Source of the DNA: Nitrospirota bacterium
Lineage (GTDB): Bacteria > Nitrospirota > UBA9217
NCBI GenBank assembly: GCA_963796285.1
Contig: CAWCKW010000013.1
Span: 416,001-480,000, forward strand
DNA: 64,000 nucleotides
Direction: 5' to 3'
Position 1 is the first letter of the stretch. Each line of letters starts with the position of its first letter. The notes beneath the pieces were generated by a model. The model saw nothing but the letters and a program-made list of their open reading frames with translations, did not search any database and was not told the DNA's origin. Below are positions 32,226-42,916 of the stretch, piece by piece. A program made the translations under genes and the position numbers.

Positions 32226-34387
32226 AGACCGACCTCACCCGAAGACAGTTCCTGAAAATGACCGGCACCGGCCTTGCCATTGCAGTTGCCGCGACGGGGT
32301 CCGGCTTCCAGCTGGTCTCGGCAGCGGAGCTGGAGAAGGCGGGACCCGGCTTCCGGCCGAGCGTCTGGCTGGAGGTGCGGCCTGACGACCTCGTCATCGT
32401 TACCGTGAGCAAGTCCGAGATGGGACAGGGTATCTATACTTCCTTGCCGATGATCGTCGCGGATGAACTGGACGCGGACTGGAAGAACGTGCGCATGGAG
32501 GCCGCTCCGGCAGGCGACGCCTACAAGGACCCGGTATGGAAAACCCAGGCCACGGGCGGCAGCTCGAGCATCCGCCACATGTATGAACCGCTCAGGAAGG
32601 CCGGGGCCGCGGCGCGGGAGATGCTCTTGACGGCGGCAGCGCGCGAATGGGGCGTGCCGCCCAAGGAATGCGCTGTCGCGAAAGGCACGGTGAAGCATAT
32701 CAAGAGCGATCGATCGCTCACCTACGGAAGGCTCACGCAGGGGGCCGCGAAGCTCGTGGTGCCGCAGAATCCCGAGCTCAAGAAGGAGAACCAGTTCCGG
32801 TATATCGGCAAGGACATTCCGAGGCTCGACATCCAGGAGAAAGTGAACGGCACGGCACTCTTCGGCATCGACACCTTTACGCCGGGCATGGTCTATGCCG
32901 CGATAGCGAGGCCGCCCGCTTATGGGGCCGTTCTCGCCGGAGCCGACAACGAGGCAGCGCAGAAGGTGGCCGGGGTGCGGCACATCGTACCCGTCTCCGA
33001 CGGGGTCGCCGTTTGTGCGGACACGCTCGATGCTGCATGGAAGGGCCGGGAGGCCTTGCATGCATCGTGGAAGGACCCCCGCTATCCCCTGCTGAGCACC
33101 GCGTCGCTTGAAAAGGAGTTCGTCGATCAGCTGGGCTCGCCGGGTATTCTGGCGAGGAACGACGGCGATGTAAAGACCGCGCTCAGCCAGGCGTCCCGCA
33201 AGGTCGAGGCGCTCTACCAGCTGCCCTTCCTCGCCCATGCGACTATGGAGCCCATGAACTGTACGGCCCACGTTCGCTCCGACGCCTGCGATATCTGGGT
33301 GCCGACTCAGAACCAGTCAGGCGTGCTGGCAATGGCCGAGAAGGTTACCAAGCTGAAGCCGGAGCAGATCCATGTGCACACCACGTTCCTGGGAGGAGGA
33401 TTCGGCAGGCGCTTTGAGCGCGACTTCGTGGAAGAGACCCTGCTGCTCTCCCAGGCAACGGGCAAACCCGTGAAGCTGGTCTGGAGCCGGGAAGAGGACA
33501 CGCAGAACGATTATTACCGTCCCATGAATGCAAGCAGGATCGAGGCGTGTCTTGATGCGCACGGCGGTGTTATGGCCTGGTCGCACAAGATCGTCTGTCC
33601 GTCCATCTTTGCCCGCGTTTTCCCAGATTCCATGAAGAAGGGCATTGACAATGCTGCGGTCGAAGGACTTGAGAACATGGAATATGATATCCCGAACGTG
33701 GCCGTCGAATACGTACGGCACGACACGCCGGTGCCCGTGGGATTCTGGCGGTCCGTGGGCAGCTCGCATAATGCCTTTGTGGTAGAGAGTTTTGTAGACG
33801 AACTCGCCCATGCTGCAAAGAAGGACCCGCTCGCCTTCAGGCTCGGCCTGCTCAAGAAGCATCCGCGGGCACAGCGGGTGCTGGAGGTCGCGGCGGAAAA
33901 GAGCGGTTGGAACAAACCGCCCGCCCGGGGACAGTCGCGCGGGATCGCCTACAGCCTGTCCTTCGGAAGCTACGTCGCCCAGGTGGCCGAGGTCTCCGTT
34001 GACAAGGGCACCGGGACGATCGTTGTGCACAAGGTGACCTGCGCCGTGGACTGCGGGCCCATCGTCAACCCGGCGATCGTGTCAGCCCAGATGATGGGCG
34101 CGGTCATCATGGGCCTGAGCGCGGCAATGAGGGAAAAGATCGAGATCGCGAAAGGCGGCGTTCTGTCCGCGAATTTTGCCGACTATGAGCTCCTTCGCAT
34201 GAGCGAGGCGCCCGACGTGGAGGTGCACATTGTAAAAAGCAGTGACGCGCTCGGGGGCATCGGCGAGCCCGGTCTGCCACCCCTGGCGCCCGCGGTGGCG
34301 AATGCCGTATTCGCCGCAACCGGTGCGCGGGTGCGAAGACTGCCCATGACACCGGAGGCCGTACTTGAGGCGCTGAAGACTCTGTAG
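32222..34387 (+). CDS. iorB: Molybdopterin-binding large subunit (IorB type) with Tat signal
   Basis: TRRQFLK, SEMGQG, QATGGSSS, LAHATMEPMNC, LGGGFGRR, GFWRSVG and GGIGEPG. Confidence 0.9.
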   Translation: MKTDLTRRQFLKMTGTGLAIAVAATGSGFQLVSAAELEKAGPGFRPSVWLEVRPDDLVIVTVSKSEMGQGIYTSLPMIVADELDADWKNVRMEAAPAGDAYKDPVWKTQATGGSSSIRHMYEPLRKAGAAAREMLLTAAAREWGVPPKECAVAKGTVKHIKSDRSLTYGRLTQGAAKLVVPQNPELKKENQFRYIGKDIPRLDIQEKVNGTALFGIDTFTPGMVYAAIARPPAYGAVLAGADNEAAQKVAGVRHIVPVSDGVAVCADTLDAAWKGREALHASWKDPRYPLLSTASLEKEFVDQLGSPGILARNDGDVKTALSQASRKVEALYQLPFLAHATMEPMNCTAHVRSDACDIWVPTQNQSGVLAMAEKVTKLKPEQIHVHTTFLGGGFGRRFERDFVEETLLLSQATGKPVKLVWSREEDTQNDYYRPMNASRIEACLDAHGGVMAWSHKIVCPSIFARVFPDSMKKGIDNAAVEGLENMEYDIPNVAVEYVRHDTPVPVGFWRSVGSSHNAFVVESFVDELAHAAKKDPLAFRLGLLKKHPRAQRVLEVAAEKSGWNKPPARGQSRGIAYSLSFGSYVAQVAEVSVDKGTGTIVVHKVTCAVDCGPIVNPAIVSAQMMGAVIMGLSAAMREKIEIAKGGVLSANFADYELLRMSEAPDVEVHIVKSSDALGGIGEPGLPPLAPAVANAVFAATGARVRRLPMTPEAVLEALKTL

Positions 34388-34405
34388 GATGATAATTGTA
34401 TGAAG

Positions 34406-34600
34406 GTATGTACTCAGGCGCGACCACACCAAATGCCCGACCTTTTCGCGCAAAGCAGCAAAGTCGCCAAGGAAAGCGGGGCTCGTATAAAGGCTGATTC
34501 AGGTGTAGTCATATGCTTTCGAACTTATTAATTTTCCCCTGTTGTTGATGTTCTTTGCGGCTTTGCGCGAGACGCCTTGGCTTTTGACCTGAATAGTTAC
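34406..34600. mobile_element. MITE with 8-bp target duplication; core inverted relative to the 61187 copy
   Basis: TIR gtatgtactcagg / cctgaatagttac; perfect TSD gtatgaag at 34398-34405 and 34601-34608. Confidence 0.85.
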
Positions 34601-34702
34601 GTATGAAGTATCCTTCTTTATTCATAGATTCTATCCGCCGTTATCAGTATCAAAGATTATGACGTGGCTTCTCTGATTCCGGCTCATCATGGGGGGGCGA
34701 AC

Positions 34703-35548
34703 ATGCAGATATTCGAAGAAGCATTGAGGCTTAAACGTCTCGGCAGGTCCTCGGCTATCGCGACGATCGTCGAGTGCCGGGGCTCGTCGCCCCAAAAACA
34801 GGGCGCAAAAATGCTTGTGCGGGACGATGGCTCTCTCCTGGGCACGCTCGGCGGCGGGTGTCTCGAGGCGGATGTGGTCCAGGCCGCGCTCATGACCATG
34901 AAGGACGGCAATCCACTCACCCTGCCCTTCGAACTTACGGAGCGGGCAGGCGGTCTTGTGTGCGGCGGCACGGTCCTTGTGTATATCGAGCCTGTTCTGC
35001 TCGAACCGCACCTGGTAATCCTCGGCGCGGGCCACGTAGGGAAGATGCTGACAAAGCTGGCGCGGTTCACCGGATTCCGCGTGACCGTGATCGATGACCG
35101 GAAGGAATTCGCTAATCACGAGAACCTGCCTGACGCGAACGAGCTTATGGTAACGGACTTCGAGCGTGCCTTTGAAGGGCTTGCTGTCGGAAAGAACACC
35201 TTCGTCGTCGTTGCGACACGCGGACATAACCACGACCTCGATGCCGTCAAGGCAGCGCTCGGGACGGACGCCGGGTATATCGGCCTCCTGGGAAGCAGAC
35301 GCAAGAAGGGCCTGCTGTTCCGGTCACTGGCGGAAAGCGGATTCGCTCAAGAGGACATCGGAAGGGTCGTGATCCCGGTGGGCATCGAAATCGGGTCCGT
35401 GACGCCTGAAGAGATCGCCGTGAGCATCATGGCGCAGATCATTCACCGAAGGAGAGAACATGGTGCTGCACGTAGCTGCCCTGATCCTTGCGGCGGGATC
35501 ATCCAGCAGAATGGGGACATCGAAGCAGCTTCTTCCGCTGGGAGATAG
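34703..35548 (+). CDS. xdhC: XdhC/CoxI molybdoenzyme maturation protein
   Basis: GSSPQKQGAKM, GTLGGGCLE, CGG, GAGHV, YIGLLGSRRK and TPEEIAVSI. Confidence 0.9.
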   Translation: MQIFEEALRLKRLGRSSAIATIVECRGSSPQKQGAKMLVRDDGSLLGTLGGGCLEADVVQAALMTMKDGNPLTLPFELTERAGGLVCGGTVLVYIEPVLLEPHLVILGAGHVGKMLTKLARFTGFRVTVIDDRKEFANHENLPDANELMVTDFERAFEGLAVGKNTFVVVATRGHNHDLDAVKAALGTDAGYIGLLGSRRKKGLLFRSLAESGFAQEDIGRVVIPVGIEIGSVTPEEIAVSIMAQIIHRRREHGAARSCPDPCGGIIQQNGDIEAASSAGR

Positions 35549-36056
35549 GCCGGTCATCAGGCATTGCTACGACACGATTGCCGCCGCAGGCATCCAACAG
35601 GTGATCGTTGTCATCGGCGCCAACGGCAACGGCATCCCTGAAGCACTTCACGGCACCCCGGCGACGATCGTGCGGAACACGATCCCGGACAGTCAGATGG
35701 CCGATTCCGTCAGAACAGGCCTCGGCGCGATCGATGATCGATGTTCGGGCGTCCTCATCTGTTTGTCCGACCATCCGCTCATAGGAATTGGAACGTATGA
35801 GGCGATCATTAACGCGCACCAGGAGGCGCCTGACAGGATCGTCATTCCGGTCTACGGCGGCAGGCGCGGACATCCCACCCTCTTTCCCCCGGGGGTCATG
35901 CAGGAGATCGCGTCAGGCGCCTCCCTGCGTGACGTCATCAGAAAGGACGCATCCCGGCTGTCCCTGCTCGATGTCGCTGACGAAGGCGTTGTGCTTGACA
36001 TGGATACGGACGATGAGTATCGCAGGATCCTCGAGAAATTCAATGCAGGGCAATAG
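35460..36056 (+). CDS. mocA: Molybdenum cofactor cytidylyltransferase (MocA-like)
   Basis: LILAAGSSSRMG..KQLL, DHP, GHPTLF and DMDT. Confidence 0.8.
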   Translation: MVLHVAALILAAGSSSRMGTSKQLLPLGDRPVIRHCYDTIAAAGIQQVIVVIGANGNGIPEALHGTPATIVRNTIPDSQMADSVRTGLGAIDDRCSGVLICLSDHPLIGIGTYEAIINAHQEAPDRIVIPVYGGRRGHPTLFPPGVMQEIASGASLRDVIRKDASRLSLLDVADEGVVLDMDTDDEYRRILEKFNAGQ

Positions 36057-36251
36057 GTTCATCGGGCCGGGGTCAAGGGACAAGGTTATTACGGTTCAAA
36101 GTTCGGCGTTCAGAGTTCGGAGTATATAACTTCTGGATCAGGGTCAAGGTGCATCACTCGCAGAGTGCGAAGTTCATCGGGGTGGTCACAATGTGTGGCC
36201 GCCTCCTGCCTCTCCTGCGGATCCAACTGAACCATAAAATCTTCACCGCCC

Positions 36252-37208
36252 TTACCAGCTCCCCGAAGCGCCTCCGCCGCCCGAGGACCCGCCGCCTCCG
36301 GAAAATCCGCCGCCGGAACTGCCCGAACTCCAGCCCCCGCCCGAGCCACTGGATGAAAACGTGAACCCGCCGATGGAAGCGTGGCCCTTGGTGCGGAGGT
36401 CCTCCCCGGCTTTTTTATACCATGCGGTGTTCTTGAGCATCAACTTGGCAATGGGAAATCCGATCAGGTACGTTATGAGCAGCGTAAGAGCACCGGTGGT
36501 GCCGACGATGATGATGGGGAACATGGCCCAGAAGGGGATGAGAAAGAAGTAGAGGAACCATCCGGCACCGGGGGTTATGATTCCCATTGCGGTGAACAGG
36601 CCGATGATGCCGAAGACGAACGCGCCGATGAGGATCCGCTCAATGATCGGCATGTCCGGCATGTCGATATGAAAACCTGATGAGGTCCGCGTTGTTTGTC
36701 CTGCGCTGCTTTCGCCAACAGGCTTCTCGCCTTTCTCCAGCAGGTTAAGAATGGCCTTCACGCCCGCATCGACGCCGCTGTTGTAGTCCCCCTCTTTGAA
36801 CCGGGGCGTCATGACATTGCGGATGATGCTGCCGGCCAGGGAATCGGTGAGTGTGCCTTCGAGACCGTAGCCCACCTCGATGCGCATGCGCCGGTCGTTC
36901 GGAGCGACGACGACCAGAACGCCATTGTCCTTGCCTTTCTGGCCGAGCTTCCATGCCTCGAATACCCGAAGGGCATATTCCTCGATGCCCTCCCCGTCCA
37001 GCGTGGGGACCGTGAGCACGGCGATCTGGTTCCCGGTGCTTTCCTCATGCGCCTTGAGCAGCAAGGTCAGCGATCGGCGCGTGCCCTCGTTCAGGACCTC
37101 GGCGTTGTCGGTCACGCGGCCCGTCAGGAAGGGGACCTCAACTGCCGCGGCAATGGCCGTGATCAGAAGCAGCGCGACCAGAAGCGCGTATCGAAGCGCT
37201 GTTCTCAT
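36252..37208 (-). CDS. TPM-domain (YgcG-like) protein with Gly-rich tail
   Basis: GRVTDNA, GQKGKDNGVL, RIEVGYGLEG and GGGGSSGGGGASGSW. Confidence 0.9.
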   Translation of the reverse strand: MRTALRYALLVALLLITAIAAAVEVPFLTGRVTDNAEVLNEGTRRSLTLLLKAHEESTGNQIAVLTVPTLDGEGIEEYALRVFEAWKLGQKGKDNGVLVVVAPNDRRMRIEVGYGLEGTLTDSLAGSIIRNVMTPRFKEGDYNSGVDAGVKAILNLLEKGEKPVGESSAGQTTRTSSGFHIDMPDMPIIERILIGAFVFGIIGLFTAMGIITPGAGWFLYFFLIPFWAMFPIIIVGTTGALTLLITYLIGFPIAKLMLKNTAWYKKAGEDLRTKGHASIGGFTFSSSGSGGGWSSGSSGGGFSGGGGSSGGGGASGSW

Positions 37209-37855
37209 GGGCCGTCCTCCTCTACGATCGCGTTGGGAAGTTCATCCACTCCTGAAGCGGCCGTTGCGCCGGCCCCCAGGACCTCCTCCAGGCCGGCCAG
37301 CCCTGCTTCGAGCGCGCGGCCGACCTGGCCGGCCGCAAGGGGCGCTGTCATGCGGCTGATGATCCCCTGCAAGGCGTCCGCGTTCAGGCGCCGGCGAAGT
37401 CCCGTGTCGGGAAGCACAACGACACGCTGCTCGAAGAGACTGACGAGCAGCAGGATGCCCGTTCGCCTGCGTGTGGCGAAGAGCTCGCGGGAGAGGAAGA
37501 GGGACTCGGCGTATTGCCGCGTCTCTACTTCGGCGCGGTGCGCGTCGAGAAAGAGGCGGGCGAAGCCCGGCAGGGCGACACACAGCAGGGCGCATACGGC
37601 GCCTCCGATGAGCGTCATCGCCACGGCGAAGAGCATTGTAAAGAACGGGAACCAGCGGGGCTGCAGAACATCCAGCATGGCAGCCGCGAGTCCGGCGCCC
37701 GCTGCTCCCAGCGCGAACGCCTTCCAGGGGAGTTCAACATAGCTGTCGCTTTTCTCGATGACCGCGAGGACTACCTGGACGCCGGTCCGCTTCTCCGTGG
37801 AAGCGACCCGCTGGTCAAGGTGCCGTCGTTCCTGCTCGCTCAAGTTCTGTTTCAT
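37205..37855 (-). CDS. TPM-domain membrane protein
   Basis: RTGILLLVSLFEQRVVVLPDTG and DELPN; translationally coupled to the previous gene. Confidence 0.85.
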   Translation of the reverse strand: MKQNLSEQERRHLDQRVASTEKRTGVQVVLAVIEKSDSYVELPWKAFALGAAGAGLAAAMLDVLQPRWFPFFTMLFAVAMTLIGGAVCALLCVALPGFARLFLDAHRAEVETRQYAESLFLSRELFATRRRTGILLLVSLFEQRVVVLPDTGLRRRLNADALQGIISRMTAPLAAGQVGRALEAGLAGLEEVLGAGATAASGVDELPNAIVEEDGP

Positions 37856-37910
37856 GATAACAACCTCGTGGTCAGGTTTGCTCAGCTTGTAAAAAAATAC
37901 GATTTTTTAC

Positions 37911-37934
37911 CTTCGACAGACTCAGGGTGAACGG
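37911..37934. repeat. Half REP-like repeat (cttcgacagactcagggtgaacgg)
   Basis: Resembles the widespread cttcgacaagctcag intergenic repeat type. Confidence 0.45.
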
Positions 37935-37995
37935 AGCGGGTATTGTACGCGCGGACGGGGCATGACAACTGCAAATACGAACCCGGCCCGTGTCT

Positions 37996-38310
37996 TTACC
38001 AGGTCCCGGCCCCCTGCATAAAGACGAACAGGTCATGGCATCTCCGGAGACGTTTCAAGTAGATTTTCGCGGCGGCCTCATCGATTTTTTCAATGCGCGG
38101 CTTCAATGCATCACATCGCTCGATAAGGCTCTTGATTTCCGCCTGGGTGAGCTTCGTAGCGACATCGGTCTTTGAACAAATATCATCAAACTCCGATTTC
38201 CAGTCATCATGCGCGTAAACAACGGAGAACGGGGGCTGATGGAATAGTCCTGCCCCGATCAACAGGGAACACACCGCCACGGTCCAGACAACGGTTCTAA
38301 TCATGCTCAC
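37996..38310 (-). CDS. Exported Cys-containing hypothetical protein
   Basis: Signal peptide; WKSEFDDICSKT..C..KIYLKRLRRC. Confidence 0.7.
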   Translation of the reverse strand: MSMIRTVVWTVAVCSLLIGAGLFHQPPFSVVYAHDDWKSEFDDICSKTDVATKLTQAEIKSLIERCDALKPRIEKIDEAAAKIYLKRLRRCHDLFVFMQGAGTW

Positions 38311-38424
38311 TCCAGTATACTCGATTGGTTGGTATGGCAGCGTTTGCAGTCATTCATAGGTTTTCATGCATCTGCTTCCAAGTGGGGAGGAGTCTGGCGA
38401 TGCCCCCTCTCTAGATTGCAATGG

Positions 38425-38453
38425 ATTGTATCTACGACGTGATTTATTGTCAA
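38425..38453 (-). promoter_or_regulatory. Sigma70 promoter
   Basis: TTGACA-N17-TACAAT on the minus strand. Confidence 0.65.
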
Positions 38454-38534
38454 GAACAGATGTGGGGTCGGCCAACGGGGACGTTGTGGACCCGTCGCGT
38501 CGGTCCACTGGAATGCCGTTGCAGCGTAACGCGC

Positions 38535-41063
38535 TCACGTCCCCCGCGGCTTTGTCCGCTTTGTCGGCACGGCATTCCAGGGATCATCGGGCCAGGGGTG
38601 TCTGGGATAGCGGCCCTTCAGGTCCTTTTTCACGAGCGGATACCCCGTGTTCCAGAACCCCTTCAGGTCCTGCGTGATCTGGACCGGGCGGCGCGCGGGA
38701 GAGAGGAGATGGAGCAGGACCCTGACCCGTCCGTGCGCGATCGTCGGCGTGTCGGCAAGCCCGAACAGCTCCTGGAGCTTGACCGCAAGCACGGGCTGAG
38801 CACCGGAAGAATAATCCAGCGCCACACGGCTGCCGCTCGGCACCTCAATCGACAGGGGCGCGCGTTCGTCAAGGAGCCGCGCCTGTTCCCGGGAAAGCAT
38901 CGCCTTGAGCGCCGGCAGGACATGCAATCCGCCCAGGCCCTGAATACTGCGAATGCTGCCGAGCCAGGGAAGGAGCCATTCTTCCGGATTGGCGAACAAG
39001 TGTTCATCTGAAAGGTCGGGCCAGGCCTCTTCAGGAAAGGCCTTCTTCATGAGCCCTGTTCGGGCCTGAAGCTGCCTCGCCTCGTTACTGAAGGTCAGGA
39101 CCCCCGGAGTGGCGCGTATCACGTCGCACAGGATTGGCGCTGCCTCTTCATTCGTGGGAGTGAAGGACCGCGCTGAAAGGATCAGTGCCCCAAGCCGCTC
39201 TTCCACGACCGCCGCGATCCTGCCTTCTTTCCGCTCCCATTCCACCCGCCTGATTGTCTCGATCCGGCCCGCGCATTCGCTCCGGATCAGCTCTGGGGTG
39301 ACGGGAGCGGCGATATGGATAATCCCCTCGGTCTGCCCGCCGGCATCGACGGCAACGGCGATGAGGTACAGGCTGTTCACGAGATGGCTGTCCAGGGAAA
39401 GACGCACCCCCCGTCCCTGGGCAAGAACGTAACTGCGGCTGCCTTCCTCCCGGCGTTTGCAGATCCTGTCCGGATAGGCAACGAGCAGGAGCCGGGAGAT
39501 CGCGTCGTGATCAATGTCCTTGCTTGAGACGTTCGCTGTCGTCCCATCAATCGAACGAAGAAGTTGATGGGATGTCCGCTCCACTGCCCTGAACGCCGAC
39601 GGGTCGATCGACCCGCCCGCTTCCGTCCCCTTCCGCCCCCTCCAGAGCGCGTCAACCCTCTCCGAAATATCCGGTTCGTTGATCATGCGGTCACCTGCGC
39701 TATGCCGGAAGAGATCCCTCTCCGTCAGGATGGCGGCAAGGTCCGCGCCAAGGCGCATGCACCCCAGCTCCTGCGCCCTTATCATGAGTCGTGAGAGCCG
39801 GGGGTGAAGCGGAAAGCGGGCCATTGCCCTGCCCGGGGATGTGATGGAGCCAGAGGGATCGAGCGCGCCGAGGTCCTTCAGCAGTTGCACGCCGCTGTCC
39901 CAAGCCGCAACAGGCGGCGCGTCAAGCCACGCAAGCGTATGCGGGTCTTTCACCCCCCATGCCGCGAGTTCGAGCGCCAGGGGCGAAAGATCGGACACGA
40001 GGATCTCCGCCTGCGTAAAGGCCGGCATGCCGTGAAGGTCCTGTTTACTATAGAGACGGTAGCACACTCCCGGTCCGAGCCGTCCTGCCCTGCCCTTGCG
40101 CTGTTCTGCCGATGCCTGCGAGACCGGGACGGTCACGAGCCGGTTCATGCCCGAGGCGGGATCGTATCGGAGCGTCCGCGTCAAGCCGCTATCGATCACC
40201 ACATGAACTCCCTCGATGGTGAGGCTCGTCTCGGCGATGTTCGTGGCGAGCACGATCTTGCGTCGGTCCCTTGACGGGAGAATGGCGCGTTCCTGTTCCT
40301 CGAACGGCAGGTCGCCGTAGAGCGGGTGCAGCGCAATGCGGTCGTCGTCCATGCTCAGTGAATCGCGAAGCTGCCGTTCGCATGCACGGATCTCGCCGGA
40401 GCCGGGAAGGAACAAGAGGATGTCGCCATGGGTCTCTCGAAGGGCGGTTTTGACAACGCTGGAGATGCGAGCGGGAAGCAGCCCCATGCTGTCGCCGACA
40501 TACCGTTCCTCGACGGGAAAGGCCTTCCCGGTGGACGTGATCACCGGAGCGTTGTCGAGCATGGCCGCGATGGGGCCGCACTCCATGGTGGCGGACATGA
40601 CGAGGAGCTTCAGGTCCCCGCGAAGCTGTTTCCGGATATCGAGGCAGAGCGCAAGGGCAAGGTCCGCATGGATGCTCCGCTCATGGAATTCGTCGAAGAT
40701 GACCATTGCCACGCCTTCTAGGCCCGGGTCGGACTGGATGCGGCGCGTGAGAATGCCTTCGGTCACGACCTCGATCCGGGTCTTTTCCGACCTCTTCACG
40801 TCGAAGCGTATGGCATAACCAACGGTCCCGCCCACCTGGTCGCCGAGCGTTTTAGACATCCAGCGCGCGGCCGAGACAGCGGCGATCCTCCTCGGTTCGA
40901 GCATGATGATCCGGCCGTGTTGGGGAGGCAGCACCTCGAGCAGCGCCAGCGGGACACGGGTGGTTTTGCCGGCTCCGGGCGGCGCGCGCAGAACAACCGA
41001 GGAGTTCTTGAGGACCGCTTCTTTGAGCGTGGACAGGATGTTGTCGATGGGATAGGAAATCAC
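38535..41063 (-). CDS. hrpB: ATP-dependent RNA helicase HrpB
   Basis: APPGAGKTT, EPRRIAA, DEFHERS, MSAT, ATNIAETSLTI, QRKGRAGR and GRYPRHPWP. Confidence 0.95.
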   Translation of the reverse strand: MISYPIDNILSTLKEAVLKNSSVVLRAPPGAGKTTRVPLALLEVLPPQHGRIIMLEPRRIAAVSAARWMSKTLGDQVGGTVGYAIRFDVKRSEKTRIEVVTEGILTRRIQSDPGLEGVAMVIFDEFHERSIHADLALALCLDIRKQLRGDLKLLVMSATMECGPIAAMLDNAPVITSTGKAFPVEERYVGDSMGLLPARISSVVKTALRETHGDILLFLPGSGEIRACERQLRDSLSMDDDRIALHPLYGDLPFEEQERAILPSRDRRKIVLATNIAETSLTIEGVHVVIDSGLTRTLRYDPASGMNRLVTVPVSQASAEQRKGRAGRLGPGVCYRLYSKQDLHGMPAFTQAEILVSDLSPLALELAAWGVKDPHTLAWLDAPPVAAWDSGVQLLKDLGALDPSGSITSPGRAMARFPLHPRLSRLMIRAQELGCMRLGADLAAILTERDLFRHSAGDRMINEPDISERVDALWRGRKGTEAGGSIDPSAFRAVERTSHQLLRSIDGTTANVSSKDIDHDAISRLLLVAYPDRICKRREEGSRSYVLAQGRGVRLSLDSHLVNSLYLIAVAVDAGGQTEGIIHIAAPVTPELIRSECAGRIETIRRVEWERKEGRIAAVVEERLGALILSARSFTPTNEEAAPILCDVIRATPGVLTFSNEARQLQARTGLMKKAFPEEAWPDLSDEHLFANPEEWLLPWLGSIRSIQGLGGLHVLPALKAMLSREQARLLDERAPLSIEVPSGSRVALDYSSGAQPVLAVKLQELFGLADTPTIAHGRVRVLLHLLSPARRPVQITQDLKGFWNTGYPLVKKDLKGRYPRHPWPDDPWNAVPTKRTKPRGT

Positions 41064-41290
41064 GGCGAACCTTCTGTCCTTGGAGAGGCGATAAATAAAT
41101 GAAGAAAACCAAACGGATTGATTATTGTCCTGTCGTAACGACTCAGGACCTTTCAACCTTTCAGGAGAAAGGGGGATAAATTGGAGAAATGGAGATAACA
41201 ACATTCTTTTGTTTATGCCATTGATCCCCTTTCCGCCTCTTAATTCTCCATTGCTCCTGATCGTTTTCTTCTGTACGTGAGCAGTGACGT

Positions 41291-42136
41291 CTATCGTTGA
41301 ATCACGAGGTTGTCGATCAGTCTTGTGCGTCCGATGCGGACCGCGATCAGCAGAACCATGCCGTCTTGTGCTGACGCGAGGGGCGCGAGGCTCTCGGGAT
41401 CAGCGATCTCCAGGTAATCGATCTCGATGCCTTTCTCTTCCCGCACAACAGCCTGTATTTTGTTCTTCAGGGCCTCCGGCTGCCTGGTCCCGGTTTTTGC
41501 CAGCTGCTCCGCCGCGTACAGGGCGCGATAGATCGCTGCGGCCGTGCGCCGCTCATCAGCGCTCAGATAGCTGTTTCGTGAGCTCATGGCGAGGCCGTCC
41601 CGCTCGCGCACCGTGGGAAGCACTACGACGTCCACGCCCGTGTCCAGGCCTTTTGCCATCCGCTTGATGACCGCGCACTGCTGATAATCCTTCTGGCCGA
41701 AAAAGGCCTTGTGCGGCTTCACCAGGTGAAAGAGCTTGGTCACCACGGTGGCAACGCCGCAGTAGTGTCCGGGCCGGACCGCGCCTTCCAGAATATCAGA
41801 GATCCCCTCCACAATGACGAAGACGGACGGTGTATCAGGATACATCGCAGAGGCCGTGGGCATGAACAGAACATCGACGCCCGCGGCTTTGCACGTTGCG
41901 CGATCCCCTGCCTCGTCGCGCGGATAGCGGTCGAAGTCTTCGTTCGGACCGAACTGGGTCGGGTTCACAAAGATGCTCGCGACCACGACATCGCACTCCT
42001 GCCGCGCTCGTTGCATGAGCGATATATGGCCTGCATGCAGGAAACCCATCGTCGGTACGAAACCGATGGTCTTGCCCTCTCTGCGAAAGGTGTCGGCAAA
42101 GGACCGCATCTCGGATATGGCGGTGATGATCTTCAT
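41291..42136 (-). CDS. panC: Pantoate--beta-alanine ligase
   Basis: VPTMGFLHAGH, FVNPTQF, FGQKDYQQ, GLAMSSRN and TRLIDN. Confidence 0.97.
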   Translation of the reverse strand: MKIITAISEMRSFADTFRREGKTIGFVPTMGFLHAGHISLMQRARQECDVVVASIFVNPTQFGPNEDFDRYPRDEAGDRATCKAAGVDVLFMPTASAMYPDTPSVFVIVEGISDILEGAVRPGHYCGVATVVTKLFHLVKPHKAFFGQKDYQQCAVIKRMAKGLDTGVDVVVLPTVRERDGLAMSSRNSYLSADERRTAAAIYRALYAAEQLAKTGTRQPEALKNKIQAVVREEKGIEIDYLEIADPESLAPLASAQDGMVLLIAVRIGRTRLIDNLVIQR

Positions 42137-42233
42137 AGATTGCGAATAGTTAAAAAGGCCCGCGCCGTCACGGTCCGTTGATTAAACGAACAATGAGCGA
42201 AACGCGGGCGCTGATGATAGGGCTCAGGGCAGG

Positions 42234-42659
42234 CTACTTCCCGAGTAACGTCGTGAACGTATCGTGGTGGCCTTCCTCGTCCGTGAGGATCTGCTCGAAG
42301 AGCAGGCGGGTCGTCGTATCACCGTCTGATGCGGCCTGTTTGATGATCTTCTTATAGAGGTCGATGGCTTCTTCCTCGGCCTTCGCGTCATGTTCGATCA
42401 TCTCCTTGAGCGTGCCGCCCATCTTGATGGGGTCCGGCTTGGTCGTGGGGGTGATGTCGAAATAGAAGATCCTCTCCGCGATCTTCTCAGCGTGCTTCAT
42501 CTCCGCGATCGCGACCTCCTCGAACACGTCAGCGAGTTCGGCCGACTCCAGTCCCTTTGCCATGACGTGCTGCCACATGTATTGCACGCTCACCTGGATC
42601 TCGCGAGCGATCGCCTGCTGCATCATATCGGTCAACTTGCTGCTTGCCTTCTGTACCAT
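42234..42659 (-). CDS. Ferritin/bacterioferritin-like di-iron protein
   Basis: REIQVSVQY, EMKHAE, EEEAI and DEEGH ligands. Confidence 0.85.
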   Translation of the reverse strand: MVQKASSKLTDMMQQAIAREIQVSVQYMWQHVMAKGLESAELADVFEEVAIAEMKHAEKIAERIFYFDITPTTKPDPIKMGGTLKEMIEHDAKAEEEAIDLYKKIIKQAASDGDTTTRLLFEQILTDEEGHHDTFTTLLGK

Positions 42660-42823
42660 AGTCTGTTCTCCTTTTGTGATGTGGACCAGCAGAGTTTTGC
42701 GCACTATTATGAAAATACTATCAGAAAAATCCGAAAAAGGAAAGGGCTGAACAATAAAAAGAATATACTGATGGCCGGTCTCAGTGTCGCTCCTGCATCC
42801 AGCCCGCAAACCTCTGGTTTTAT

Positions 42824-42852
42824 TTGACATCCCCCCGGCTTTCTGGTAAAAG
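42824..42852 (+). promoter_or_regulatory. Putative sigma70 promoter of the PPIase gene
   Basis: TTGACA-N17-TAAAAG. Confidence 0.5.
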
Positions 42853-42916
42853 AATATAGCTTAAAAGTTTTTAGGCAACACCATGCACCATCTCATATGA
42901 GGGAGGAAAGCAGACA

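Noticed and set aside
35460-35548. 89-nt xdhC/mocA overlap as a fusion or recoding signal
   Set aside because: Both proteins are complete; the XdhC tail looks like simple run-on into the next gene.
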